From Lingula anatina (taxonomy: Eukaryota > Animalia > Brachiopoda), in NCBI GenBank assembly GCA_051362555.1, contig CM120640.1, positions 35,483,967-35,547,966 on the forward strand: a stretch of DNA of 64,000 nucleotides. The letters run 5' to 3'. Positions 14,201-29,200 of the stretch are shown one piece after another; the stretch's first letter is position 1; each line of letters opens with the position of its first letter. The notes under the pieces are model-generated. The model saw only the letters and a list, made by a program, of their open reading frames with translations, was not told the origin of the DNA and searched no databases. The position numbers and the translations under genes are program-made.

Positions 14201-17200
14201 TTTTTTATCTCCCCAGGCTTGCTTTTATGGCCGAGTGCAGCACCTGGAGCACCTGTTGTTCTATGGAGCTGAGATGAACATGAAGAATAGTGGAGGCAAC
14301 ACACCACTGCATGTCTGTGCTCTCAACAACCAGGTAGATAAATAATAAATATGTAATTATTAAAAGTATGCTAGTGCATTTTTTTTTACTTATTTTATTT
14401 TTTGTCTAAATTATGTTTCTGTTGACTCTTATATCATATGTTTCATTGTTGATTATATCTTTGAAATCATCAAAACAATTTTTTCTCAAATTTTTTATGA
14501 AGGCAAATATTGAAAATTAATATGTTACAAAGTGAATAAAACCATCAGACTCTTAAGGAGCAAACAAGGAGAGAAAAAATGCCAACCATCCGACCAACCT
14601 GTACTCAAAACACTTCTTATGTTGCTTACTTTAAGCCCACATAATGTCTGCAGAAGTTTTTTATGCTCCAAGTAATAATTTAGCACCACTTACTGCAAGT
14701 CAGTAAATTACATAACCATAAATCATCCTCGTGCCCAACTGTTGGGTTACCTTGACATTTACACCTACACATTTCTCTAACCAGTGTTGGAGCTGACTTG
14801 CACACAGCAGTTTCTGAACCACACTGGTTTCCTATCAGCTTCAACCTACACTAGCTGTAGTTGATGTTGACTGTTTTTTACTCATTGGGGACTATATATA
14901 TCAGGGGTGGATCCAGAGATATTTTCTGACAGTCTTCCAAATTATCTTTGTTGATCCATCCTCTATATTTGACTGTCTTCTGTCAGAAAAATTAGATGCC
15001 CGTCAATGTAAACTTAAAATTCTGACCTGGAAGTCCCAGAAGACGGTCTTCATCCACCCATGTATATTATGTTGTCTGTTCTGTTTGTAGAATATTGGTT
15101 ACAATAACTTAAAGTTGATTGCTTGATCATGTTGTATGGATATGTGCAATGAGTAGAGTTGTCACTGTGCAAAATATCAAGTGGGTGTTGTAAACAAAAG
15201 GATGATTGCAATCAATGGAAGTTGGTTGCATGACCATACTGTATTAATGTTAAAGATGTTTAAGTAATCATGCTCAAATTTTTATCTAGGAGTTACTAAC
15301 TGAAGGTTAATTGCAATTGCAAAATTGATTGATTCAACTGACTTTGAACTGTTGCATTGTGAGAATACTGATGGACAACCAGTTCAAACCTGGTTTGAAA
15401 GTGTAAAAACTTCTGTAAGCACCCCCAGAATCATACAGGTTGTTGAAGCCATCCACAAGGAATAAATCTTAACACACATTCAGTGATCCATAGCATACAG
15501 GCCTACACTCTTGCAGTGGTTCTCTTTGAAGCTAATGTTAAGGCTTTTAACAGTAACGCCTTAAAATGTTATGAGTGATATAAATCATTTATATGAGCTA
15601 AAACATTAAGTTTTTTTTGCCCCTTGTAGCAAGGGGAAAGAGTCAACTGTCAGCTTTGATGCTGATTAACTTTCTCACTCTTTCCCCTTCTGAAACTGTG
15701 CGCAAGATTTTAATGAGAAATACATTTGTTTTGACTTTTTTATTCCTTTATTAAATTTTTTTGTTACTCTGTCACACCATTTCTTTGGAAAATGTCTTTT
15801 ATTGCAATTAGTCAAAAGGCAGATAGTGTTAAATACCCCCCTAGAAATAGAAAATAGAAGAATGTTGTGTGGAATTGTTTCAGACAGTCCATTATGATGT
15901 ACATGTACAGGCCATCATAATAATGGGAAATTCCTATAAACCCTTCTCTGATGGCTTCCACAGATGTGACTTTATCAATGCCAAAGGCAATCAGATCGCT
16001 CAAATGTGCATTTGATGCCTATAAGGCATAGACTATGAGATTGGATTAAGATATAATATTCAGCTAATGTAAAATAAGACATGTTTGTTGATGGCCATAG
16101 GTATTTGTATGGAAGGTTGATTGGCAATTTATAAGAGCAATGTCATAAAAAAATTATATTTGTGCTTGTGTTGCCCCCTATTGGTGATTTGATGAATTAG
16201 AAAATGACTTAAGTTTGCTTTGTTTCCCAACAAGTTAATACTTTAAATTAGAGGATTTTGAAACATTGTTTAATCAATAATTTCACGTGCATGTTACATT
16301 AACGTCCTTTTACCTTGTCTTTCAACCTTGTTGCCTTTATATTCTAAATAGAAATAAAGCTGGCTCATTATTGGATGATTGATCATTGCTTTGATATATT
16401 TAGCAGTTTACTTTTTACCCTGTCTCAATTATGATTATGCTTCATCTGATTGTGAGCAGTAGAACCAAATTTCTTGTATGTCTATTTAAATTTCCTACAC
16501 TGGCCAAAATATTTAAGATTTAAAGAGAAATAGCCTTTCATTTGTGCTTTTAGGGTTCATTTAGCAGAACTTGGTATTTGTACAGAAACCTTGTTCTAAG
16601 AAATGACTACATAATTCATATTGTCAAAGATTTATTGAAGGGAATCAATCTTTTTGTTGGTTTGATTTTCACCAAAGCAACAAGTCAACATTAAGAAAAA
16701 AAATGATATACATGCACACAGAAATACATTATAGAAAAAGAAAAAAAATACACCGTCAGTAGAAAGTAAGATTCTGTGTTCGAGCCTTTAAAGGTGCTGG
16801 ACAAACTTTCCATCTTTATTTTCCTTGCATGGATGGTCAAAACAAACATATTATGTGTATTACGCTTGCACCAAAAACAAACTTAAAAGCAATCAAGTCT
16901 GGTGACTACAATGTTGGTTTTTAAGGTCAATATCCATTGAGTGCAGCTGTTTTGGTTATATCTGGGTAAGCATTAACTTTATGAACACAGTACAGGTTGA
17001 TATTAGATTAAATTTTAAAAGCTATGTAGGAGGAATTAATGAGGCTTCATAGCTGAACACTGAATTGAATTCCAAAGGACAGAATACACGAGGCACTGCT
17101 CTTAAGGTAAAAACTTTCATACAGTGCAGCTTGACTAGTTTGAAGATACTTTCACCAGATGATGGCGATTGTTTATGACTAATGTACAGGTTGTACCTGA

Positions 17201-20200
17201 CAAGGATTGCATATTTCTGGGTTTTTTAAGGTAGACTTCATCATATTAGTCTACTACATAATGTGCACAATCATGCAGGGAAATGCGTGCAACCATGCAC
17301 ACGTGCATGCATGTGAATGCAAAAGTAACATATGTCCTAGCATACAACTTTACACGCTCTTCAATCAAAGTGACTTTCAGAAATTCAGGTTCTATAGTAC
17401 CACAGTGTTCTAGATAATATGTTTTTTTTTCTGGTTATTTTTCAGGAGTCTTGTGCCAGGGTTCTTCTGTTTAGGGGTGCCGATTCTCACGCAATTAACT
17501 TTGCAAACCAGACCCCATTTCAAGTGGCAATCATTGCTGGGAACTTTGACTTGGCTGAGGTGATCAAAAATTTTAAAGCTGAGGAAATAGGTATGTTGTA
17601 ATTAATGAATTCTTGATTATGTGTTTATCATCTCTGTCATGCAGTACAGTACTAAAGTATTATTATTGAAAGATGCATTTTTATTGACTTATTTCAAGTT
17701 TTTATTATTAAATGTGTTGCCTTATGTTTTGAAGCTTGACTTGAAAAGAGTAATTACTCATTTAGTTTTTAGTTTGTTTATTGTAAAATTGCATTATGTT
17801 ATGATTTTATTTCCAAAGTTCAAATTCTAAAGCAACACTCAATATCAGCCATAAAACTTGAAGCCCTAAAAAAAAATTGCCCCTTTACATAACAGTTATC
17901 AGACCATTGTATGACAAGGATCAAAATCCACATCAATTGTTAGCAGAAACAAAGATGAAGAAACAGCCTCCTCTGAAGTTTTAAACGGCATTAAAAAGGC
18001 TCAAAATCCACCTGAATTTTTTATATGACAAAAAAAGATCTCCACTTTGTACTCTAGTCACATGAAGTGAGCCCAAACTGGGATTAGCAAGCAAACAGCT
18101 CATAATTCATCCTTGTGATGATTCCTCTGCGCCATTTAAAGCCAATGTATACATATTAGAGCAGGATTTATGCTCATTTGGGATTCAACTTGAATATACC
18201 TTCTTTTACAACTTCATCATGGCTATCATGGCCCAGTAGGCCTGATTATCTATCAAGAAGATTGCATTCTGCAGTATTCTCTTAGATCTCGCAGTTGAAA
18301 TATAGGTGGCAAAAGTTTCTCCTGGGATTTTCTTGTATAATGCATGTTATCAGGATTTCATATGCTACAAGCTGGTCAATTGCACAGATTGTGAAGGTCG
18401 AGTGAACCTGTGTTTTACCATATAATCAGTCCGGCAGATCTATCATTTTATTGGAAATGTTCATGTTTTGTGTGATGAAGGGAGGAACCAGTCTTTGAAG
18501 ACATGCAAAATGCGGCGATATTACAGCTTGGGCTGATTTGAGGTCTTAACATACAAGCAGCACAGCAGAGAGAGGCTGGCAGTGAGTGGTTTGAAAGGAT
18601 GCAGAAAAGTGAAAATTTTGTCCACTGAGTTGTTCATATAATGCTACCCTTGGACCTATTTGGCAGCAGATATTTGGAATGGTGTAGTTAATTATCACTA
18701 TATATTTCAGTTCCCTTTCGAGAAACACCAACATTCAGTCAGCGAAGACGTGTGAGCGTGTCATCAATACAACTCCAGCAAAACTTGCTGCGAAGTCGCA
18801 GCGATCCACGTATGGATCTAACGTACCAGGACATGAACTCTCTGCGATCTAACTCATCACGTAATAGTTACTATAGTTTTCCTGTGTTTCCGTCCAGTTC
18901 TGTATCAGATGGGTCGAATCAGTCTGTGAGAAACCCTGATTCGATTAGTTTATCAAGTTGTTCAAACTCAGGTAAATACAACTGGTATAGCTTGTTGGCA
19001 TGTGTTGAAGGAGAGGTTGGTATCTGTGGTGGGTGGCTTTTGTTGTAGCTTTGGTCCAGTAGAGAGGCGCTGGTTAAACTTGTGCTCACCTGTGTGACAG
19101 TGCTGGTGTCACAGCCTGCATAACCTGTAGAACTAACACATAAAATTTAGATCCTGCACGTGAATCTCTCTAGCACAGAAATTGGGGGCTGCATAATATC
19201 TATGCTGAAAAAATCACGTAGGACATACAGTATATGCATATTGTGTGCCACTTATAGTACATGTAGTCTGCAGAGCCTGTACTAGAGGTGTCAGTGTGAA
19301 CCACCACAGGAGTCAAAGATAGCACACAGCCTTTTAGCACTAACACATAGGAAATAGACTAGACTACTCACACCTGAATACTGCTATTAAACTTGTTTTT
19401 TAATACACCTGATGCACCTTTCACACCTTTACCACAACTAATGCCTGCTTTGCACTAAAATAACCTGCTTATCTACTTATGGAATATTCTTCTCTATTTC
19501 ACTTCCTTTTACTCCTGTTACTAGAGCCATAATCTACTGAAGAGCAATATCTTGTCCACATTAGCATTTTGGGGTATCACTTAGAAAAAAAGTGAAGCAT
19601 TTATACACTAATAATTTTCAGTTCAGTTCAGTTCAGTTCCTTTTTACAGTTTATATAATGACATACTTTTTGTTCTCTTTTTTATTTTTTGAGTGTGATG
19701 AATTGTTTTTTGGTTGTTATTATTATAGACATTTTTGAAAGGTCACCCTTAGCTATTCTGGTATTACTTTTTTATTTATAGAAGGACTAGCCATTTTAAT
19801 TTCTAAATCAAATAGCATGTTTTTTAGTGAAATTAACATGGTGAAATGACCAAAAATCCTCCCAAAATCTTATTTTACAGTTCCATAAGAAGTATATTCT
19901 TTCTAACATTATCTTGATAATTTTTTACCAATTTTTTTGTGCTTTGTAAATTATTTACAGCAGTGACTCAGTTTAATGAGTAATGTTTTAACACAGCATA
20001 TAACTCCTGTGTGGTATGAAAACAATAGAATCCCTTTTTGAAATTTAGGTCAAGTTAACTTGAAAGAAAATAATACACGGTACTTTTGTCTTCATCCAGG
20101 TGCCTTACTTGATCTTGATTTACGTAATTTAACTGAAAATATATCACTCTGCCTTGTTGGTTTATTTCTCTTTTTTAATGTTTTGACTATGAATTTTGAA

Positions 20201-23200
20201 AGTTTGTATTCATCTTTGTTAGTAATTGTGCACAGATAATCCCTACAGTCCATGGATCTGTATTTTGTTATGACATTTTGAACTTTTTAAAGAATGTTGC
20301 TCTCTAGATAAATTGAGCTTCACAAATTGCTTTAGTTTAAGGATCAGGAATTTCTGCCAAATTTGCTTTCATGTGTGTGGGATTTTTGCTTAGAGTCTGT
20401 AATCTGACTTTTAAAGCAAAGAAAATTAAAGCTTACGGCGTGGGTGAATTTGTTTGCGATGCGTACATATGTTTAGAAAACTTGGAGAAAAAATATTTGA
20501 GATTTAAACAAGGCGGAGTGCATACATTTCCAGTACTGCAACCTGAAATAACAGGCATACTACTGATACTAATTACTGCTTCGTCCTTTTCCTCTCTCTA
20601 TCTCTCTCTCCCAGGAAGTTCTTCTCCGTGCCAGAGACCCTATGCTGCCTTATCTGAGCGCACTTTTATTTGCGTCAAAAACCACACTGCTCAAACTGCT
20701 GCTGAGATTAATCTACGGAAAGGAGACTTTGTAGAAGGTGCAAGCATATTGTGATTGAGGCGGGGCTTTTTCCTTTGTCTTTATGTGATTTTTAGCTCTA
20801 TTTATCAGTGAAATATTATCATTTGATCATGATTAACAGAGGGGCACTGTTTGATGTGTTTCATATCAGCAGGTGTGATTTGATTGTCAGATAACCTTGG
20901 GGTCAATTATTTGATAATAATCAACGTGATTGATTTCCTCGTGAGAAATTGATCAATGTTTCATAGACCTTTTTGTTATAGAAATATGTGGTTTTGTATG
21001 GGATTGATGTCTTACATGGGATTTCAAATCTGACTGTCATACCTCACACCGTTTTCTCCTGCTGCATGCTCACTGTTCTGCTGTGTTTAACTTCCGTTGT
21101 ATATTTGTGGTTTTTCAAGTTTCAGGAATTGATTTTCCTATACATTTAGAATATCATTTTATGCTTATTTTCAGTGTTGTTTATTTCACATATCGATTAC
21201 TTGCATGTTGTATATACATATATGTAATATCAAACTTTTGCATTCACTTTTAAATGCAGTTTCTCCATTTTGCTTTTATGACATAGTTTCAGTACCCATT
21301 GATTATTTATCTGATAAAATGTTCAATATTTATCAGTTTGCACCACATTGTCAAAGCTGTTATCAAATAACAGGCAGGTGAAGTTGGGCATAGCTGCCAT
21401 TCAATAATATTACTGCCGTAAGCAGATTAATCTATTGTAAACTTTTGAATAGCTGTTCATTGATGCTGTTTGTTTGAGGAATTCTCCAAAAGGGTATACA
21501 AATATTATTTATGTGTGATTTTAATGTCCCAGATATTTATTTGAAGCATGACGTGCGTTTGTTACTAGTAACAGCAGTGCACAGCAAGTTAATTTATGCT
21601 TGCTTGCATGGGAGGATTTTTACTGTATTGTTACTATTCTATCTGAGTTCTGATGTGGTAGTGTATGGTTAAGTTACTTAGCTGGACACTGAATAGTTTT
21701 CAGACCACATGTAGAGTAGTAGGTTTGATGACTGTGTGAGAAGCTTGCGGACTTAAAATGGGGGGTTGCAAAACATGATGTCGGGTCACGATGTCCAGTA
21801 TGACTGATCCCCGTGTCCACTACTTTATTCCAGTGGTCAGCGGAGGAGAACAGGGATACTGGGAAGGAAGGGCAGATGGACGGGAAGGGTGGTTCCCCAG
21901 CAATTGTGTAGAGGAGGTTCGCATGAGAAGGAAATCAGGTGAGTTTCTCCTGTCTGATCAGGTAATCATGATGTTTAGGGGAGCTTGGATGCTGAAAATT
22001 TCGGGAAAAAAGATTGAGGTGCATGTATTAGGCCAGCTTCTGTATAGAAGAGGTTTGTATGAAAAGTTAAACTGGTAAGTATTTTCTAGTATATAGTATG
22101 CTACAGCATACTGGTATATCGGAAAGATATGCTTTATGAAAGATGCTGGTAGGACAGAAAAGATGGGAAGGAGGTAGGATCTACAGGAATTATTTTCAGG
22201 AGACTTGTATGAATACCAATGTCAATAAGTATTTGTGCTGTAACTGTTTTGGTTTTGACGGTGGTTTTTTAATATCACTCCATTACCTGTACATGTATGG
22301 TACTTTGCCATCCCTTGGCTATCTGTAGAAATACTTAGTTATTTCCATTATTCCATAATTGGACTTATAGCATGCATGTTGGTATACCACACCTATGATT
22401 GTGTTTAAATCATTAACATTGATAATACATTGTATTGGTATAGGCTGCGTGGTCATTTGCTGTCCAAAGTATACAAGTGCATACAGTGAACGGTTATATA
22501 ATTATCATGTATGTCAAGTGTAGTAAAATATTAATAAGCCATTGAAGCAAGGGTGGAAATGCTAAATAAAGTTCAATATAATGCCTGTATCCCAGTTGTC
22601 CATTGAAGAAGAGGAACTTTTGTCATATTTGTTGAATGGAAAATAATATCTCAACAAAAAGAATTTAAAAAGCAATTCTGAAGTTTTCACACAATTCTGA
22701 TTTTAGTTCTGCCTTAACCTTATAAAATTATACAAAAAATACCTCTTATACATTCACATTGCAGACTCCATTACATGTCCTGTGTTTACATGATTAAGCA
22801 TTGTATACAAATTATTATGGAGAACGAACTCTGCTGAAGTAGCTGTATACACAAGTGTTGTTTACTTGTTAAGTAGTCTGTTTACTTCTCAAAAGCTGTC
22901 CACAGACAGTACTAGACTTAAGCACCAACTTCAGTGCCTGTCATAAAACACACATATATCTTTATAGAACATTTTATCACCATGGATGATAGATTTCCAT
23001 TCTTTTCCCATTTTTTGCTCACGAGGAAGCAGGTTAAAAATAGCTAGACATTTGTCAGTTTTAGTTAAACCCCGACTACTACTTCCCTGTTTATGTTAAC
23101 AAAACAAATAAAACAAAGTACAAAGATTATATATATATATATATATATAGTTCAAGATAGCAGATGACAATTGTAACAGTATGAGCTCCTGCAGATTTTA

Positions 23201-26200
23201 TTCGCAATTTCTTGAACTAAACTACAAGTCACATGACTGACCTTTCTTCAGTATGAACATGTATGCACTGTATCCGTATTTTCTTCATTTTCATTTAAAC
23301 ATTCACTCATTGGGATAATTTATGTTTTGAGAGCATGAAAAATATTCAGCGTTAAAACATATTTTTGCACATCTTTCAATGTTTTAGCATATATTTACAT
23401 TATTTCTCTAGGTGGCACTGCAGGCTCAGTCCACAGTGGTGATGAAGATTCAGTTGTGATAAAGAGGCATACACTGTCAGCACTCATGAGTTCAGACAGG
23501 TAAGTCCTACAGAAAACACATTTCAGCTGTGATTTTTTTTTTTTTTTGTTTTTTTTTTTTTTTTTTTTTTTTTTTGTTTTTTTTTGTTTTTTGCAGTATA
23601 CAGTCCTAGCACCTAGCACTAGCACTTATAGATTTTTATATCTAGTCAATTAGGAGAACTGGAAAAAATGTATTCTTTTTTTATCCACCTAGGTGCTGAT
23701 GCTGTGTAGAAATATTTACGCTATGCATGATGATGCATAAAATTTATCTGGAATGATCACAGTAACATTTTAATGAGAGGGAAGCATAACATCAGGCAGG
23801 ATGGGCTTGATTTATTTTTAGTGTTTGCACAGTTTGACAATTCACTATCAGGGGTCTGTGTACAAAAATAGAAGCTGCAGAAAATGGCATAATATTTGTG
23901 ATGGGGAAATTTAATTGATGGCAGCATGCCAAGCAGGTTTGGTGTTTTAAAGATTCATTAGAATCCACAGCAGTGGTTTTTCACCCCGACATTCCTGACT
24001 AAATGGACTGAAATGAGTATTATCTAGGTTTGACTGGGCAGAGATCCAACTGCTACTTTAATATAGTTTAATATAGTTATAAATGCATATAATATGGTGG
24101 AAGCCTTACAGTGAAATGCCATTTACTATGTGGCAATTGCCACTGAAAGTTATTACAGATTCATCATTATTGAGAAAATGTGCTGAAGAAACCAATTAAG
24201 TGGCATTCGTGCATAACCTGACTTTGAAATTTTACCATAAGATAAATTCAGAATAATTCAATCTGAAAAAAAAGAAAACATTGTGTCATATTGATGTGCA
24301 GTTTTACTGCAATAAAAGTCCCTATAAAGCCATATGCTTTACCATAATGTTACTTTACCAAGGTCTTGCATGTGTTACATGCCAAGTCATGCAATGCAGT
24401 AGGGTTGCTGGAAAGACTCAATTCAACACAATAGGAGTGCACTCCTAACACAATCAATTCTCAACTGCCTCTAGAGATGCAACTACCAGCCAAGGATGAA
24501 GGTCTAGCTTGCATGTTTAGTTAAATTTGCTGACAGGGATTTTGTTTTTGCCATTAATCTTACAGCTGGCTAGTTGTTATGTCGACTTCAAAGGATTCCC
24601 CTTTTTCTGTGGAAAAGATGAAGTCATAAAAATAAGAAAGAGCATTATTTAATTGTAAAAGAAAATTGCTGCGTGAGTCTATGAAAGTATAGATCATTGC
24701 AGCCCCCCTAAAAAAAGTTTCTGCACTCTCCCCCACCCCACTCCCCACCCCCTTTTGTTCCATAAACAATATCACTATTGTATTGAAATCCAGGACTGAC
24801 TTGAATATTAGAAATTGATTGAATAGTTTTACAAAAAATATCACCAGGATAGTAATGCTATAAATTATTTCCTATATACATGTTTTAGTGGTGTATCCGG
24901 TATTAAGAATAATGAATTAGTACAAATATGACAACAACTTAATTCAGTGTTGCAGGCCATATAATAGAAAATAATAATCTGATAGTAAAGCCTAGATTAC
25001 ATTTGAAATGCGATGCCTACAGGCTCCTTATGATTTAAAAAAGAAATAGTACGGAAAATTTCATCGCACGGCTCCCGTGTAAATTTAATCCAGACTTAAG
25101 ACGTGGAGGAAAATGGGAACAAATATTTTAATTAACTGCAGATAATCATTCAGCTGTCAGTAGATATGCTTAGTCACAAAAGCTTTATGTAATGAGACAC
25201 TGGCGAATTGGAAATCGGAGTAAATGTTATATGAAAATAACCAATTGATTTGACTTTGGAAATAAGTGATTGGTGAATAAGACCATTTTTATATTTGATG
25301 TGATTTGTAGGTAGGAAAAGTATTATGTAACTATTTTGATATTTTAAGAATTTGATCAGGAATTCAGAGACATTTACATTGTTACATTTGTCTTTCCTAT
25401 TGGTGCTAATGCTTTTTGCTTCTCTATAATACAAGTTTTTTTTGCTAGTTTAAGGATGCTGTGAAGAATTGTGAAGGAGGCAATTTGAAAGTGTATAGAC
25501 TTAAATAGCATTGGACATTGGCCCTTTACTTAATGAGCATTTCAGCCCTGAGAGATATTTACAGAATACTTTGTACTGCATTAATGAAGACATAAAATTG
25601 GAATGGTGTTTGGAGGATTTAGGACATGCAAAGCATTAAAATAGAGATTGTGTTGAGAAGATAAAGGTGCATGCCTCGGGTGGTCATTCTTTCCATTTCC
25701 TTTGTGGACCAATTTTATGCCCGCATAAGTGCCCCAAAGACCTCTCGCCACACAATGGGGCACAGTCTGCCTGCACATTCGTGTGTATCATAAATTATCT
25801 GACCACTGGCTCTGTACAAAGAGTGTACGGTCAGTTGTTGTTCTGGGAAGCTATTTTGTATTTTGTTGATTTAATCATGCAAAGAAAGTTAAGTTTTTTT
25901 TTTCTTGTTAAGTAGCAATGTTTTTTAGCAGCTGAGATGGTGTAGGTTTCTGTTTTGTTAGGAAAGTCATGTGGTAAAACAAATGATGCATGTTTTACAT
26001 AGTTTTTGGAAATTCACTGATTAACTGATGAAATTAAAATAAACCTGGATGGGAAAGTTAATTAAAACACACCCTAAAACAAATTCCCAAAACAATTTGC
26101 ATGGCCAAGTCATTGACCTGAAGTTGTAAGTTGTTATCAGATTGGAAAAAGAATATTCCCTATTTTTTAGCATAAGTGTCATCTATATGCATGTGATGTC

Positions 26201-29200
26201 AACTGATAATAACAAAGTAGTTATTCAGTACTTATAAATATAAAAACATCATATACTTCTTATTGTGACAGATTTATGGCTAAGGGCCACTTAACAGTAG
26301 ATAACTTCCACCTAATTTCTGTGATGAATGAGATAAATCTGAAGAAAACAGTATCGCAGGTATCGCAGTCCACCCTCTTTTGTAGAGACTCAATCAGTTA
26401 GTCTGTTAATGTACCTGGCAGTGAAAAGAAATGACATGATGAAGTGTTTTGAATTTGCCCAAGGTTGTGCATCATACATCATGTTAATGTGTCTGCTTGA
26501 TGCTGCTGCTTTACGTAATAATGCATTTAATAGCTCTGCCCAAATTATTGTTTGTCAAGTTAATGAAGAGGGTTGTTGCTTGTAACAAGTGTCACATTTT
26601 AACTGCATGGTCAATCTCATACAGATTTAGTTCTTTTACAATGTTATGCAAATTACAAAACAAAAATGCATCAGCTGCATTCTGGCCACTGATGATCTTT
26701 TGCAGTCAAACTGTCATGGAGGACCAAACAGGGATGAAATTTTTCTGCCTATCAGCGAATTTCTGCGTTTTTGGGATCTTTAAATATCATCGCCCTGCCC
26801 TAGGCAGCCACCTGGACCTCACGCCATATTTTCTGTCTTTTTCACTAAATGGCAGCCTCTTCCCTGACTAAATCATTAATGAAAATGCAGATCTATTTAC
26901 CGATTCCCTAGATAAATTGGTGACATTTGGGTTATTTAAATGGTAGTCTTTGAAATGCAGTCAATCACTAAACAAAGAGAGCAGACTTTTATGCAGTTTA
27001 GTCGCTAGATGTCTAATTGCATGGGTTTATGACGCGTGACGAAGATGCTGGAGAGAGCGCATTTAAGAACATTTTATCACCCATTTGTTTGTAACCATGG
27101 CATTTTTCTTTATAATAATTAAAGACGTTAGACTCTATCTTGTTCATTTATTTACGTCCATGCTCGTGCTTTTTCATATACAAATTATCACCCACACTTT
27201 TCACAGCACCCTTTTTAAAGCCCAACCACAGGGTGAGTCATAGAAATGTATGAAGTTATTAAATTTAATATATGCTAAATAATGTAATTATGAAAGAACA
27301 TTACAGTAAAGGAGAGGTGTATTAGGGCAAAGGTTAATTTTCTTCACATTAAAAGCTGCAGTTGTCTTCCAGACTTTCATAGGTTAGATATTATCTTCTT
27401 TATTGTAAGACTAAAATAATGTGACAAGTGGGAATTAACCGCATGTATTTGTATATGGATAGGTGATCTGAAGCATGATTAAAGAAAATGCGAATCTTTC
27501 ATTTCAATAAATCAGTGATAACAGATTTTGCCAGACTCTGCAGGTCAACACAGACCTTAAAAAATCCCTGACCCCTTCACTGTGTTTCATACAAAATCAT
27601 TAAGTATGCTTGTGAGTCCATGCGAGCACGGTAGAAGTAGACTAGATTTTTTTTTCTCTTTGGCAAAGGCAATAGTGTTTCGTTAGCTTTGGGGGCAGTC
27701 TAGACAGGAAAAAATGCACATCAGGAGTTCGTTGAATGGTACATGGTAACCCCAGATTCTTTGATGTGTGGCTTATAGCCTATAATTAATGTGCATTTGT
27801 CACAGAATGATTCTTTATCATACTGAGGCTATCTAAGGTTTTGTTATGATTAAATACCACAGTAGAATCAACCTGTGGCCATTATGTGTTATCATAGGAA
27901 GTGTGAATGAGCTCCCTGGGTATCAGAGCATATCATTTCTGTGCAATAAAATTTTCATTCTTTAACAAATCTGAAACTGCCCAGTGAATAGTACATTGTT
28001 TTTAATCTTTAAGTGTTTTCTGCATGGATTTTAAATCTATTAATATGGCTCTCATCAGAATGAAAGGTAAAATAATTTTGCATTTTCCTTCATCCTTGGA
28101 CCCAGCATACCCATTATGAATGATATGCCAATCTTCATCTAAGGATGTTAATGAATAGCATATCACCCTGAATATTAGATATTGTTGCTCATCTTCCTTT
28201 GAAGATAAAGAATTTATTGTATAATGCACAGTAAAATTTGAGTCACAGGTTAAGAATTATGAAACCAGCATATATAGAAACCAGTATGTAGTAATTCTTA
28301 CAGTTTGTTGGTAGTGTAAATGCTATGCATTTAAGATGGAGGGAAGGAGAAAAGAAGTTACCCATTTTGATATTGGTCTTTTATGGATGACTGAATTTAA
28401 CGCCTTGTTTGCCTATTGCCCTCTGTGTGGCAAACATGTCAAAGCTAATCTAGTACAAATTTCAGCATTTTTTAAAGGGAAATATTTGCCTTTTGTCGAA
28501 GGCAGAACACGCTGCTGATCTTTAACTGTGATTTGTTGACATTGGTACATACGATTCCTTTGTGGTTTCTAAAGGCATGGAGAAAGACGTCTTGTATTTG
28601 TGTTAGATATTTCGCCCAAACTGCATTGCTGAGCCAAGTGTACACTTAGGTTTTCACACCTGTCATTATGTGAGCATTACAAGACATCAGGGTATTCCTG
28701 CATGTTGTTCACTGGGATGGAGTTTGAAGGTGGACAATTTGGGCCTGTTGCCCTGGCATAATTGTTATCTGCAAATCATCCTGAGTCAGTAAGCTTTGTT
28801 ACCTGTGCCAGTTGTAGTGCTCTATAGTAAGAGTGTTTACAGCTTTATTTTGACAGAAATTCTTCTACCTGACTAGAGATGAGAAATAGTAAGATATACA
28901 TGTAATAGTTATAGCTGGTGAACTGTGGGACAGCACACTATTCAGTCATTTAGGGACACTCTGCTGATTTGGGCTCTGTAGGAGAGACTGTTTGTAGTCC
29001 AGCCCAGGGCCTGTGGCAAGTAATGCTGCCTAATTCTGCTGGGGATACCTAGCTGGAAGCTTTAATGTAACAATTTAAATAACACAGGGCAATCCAGCCA
29101 GGTGTGACCTAATAGACCTAGTAGGGGTGGTAGAGCTACAACAGCCAACACATCAGTCATCTTGAAACCTGTGTAGATGTTACAGACCGGTAATTTTGTC

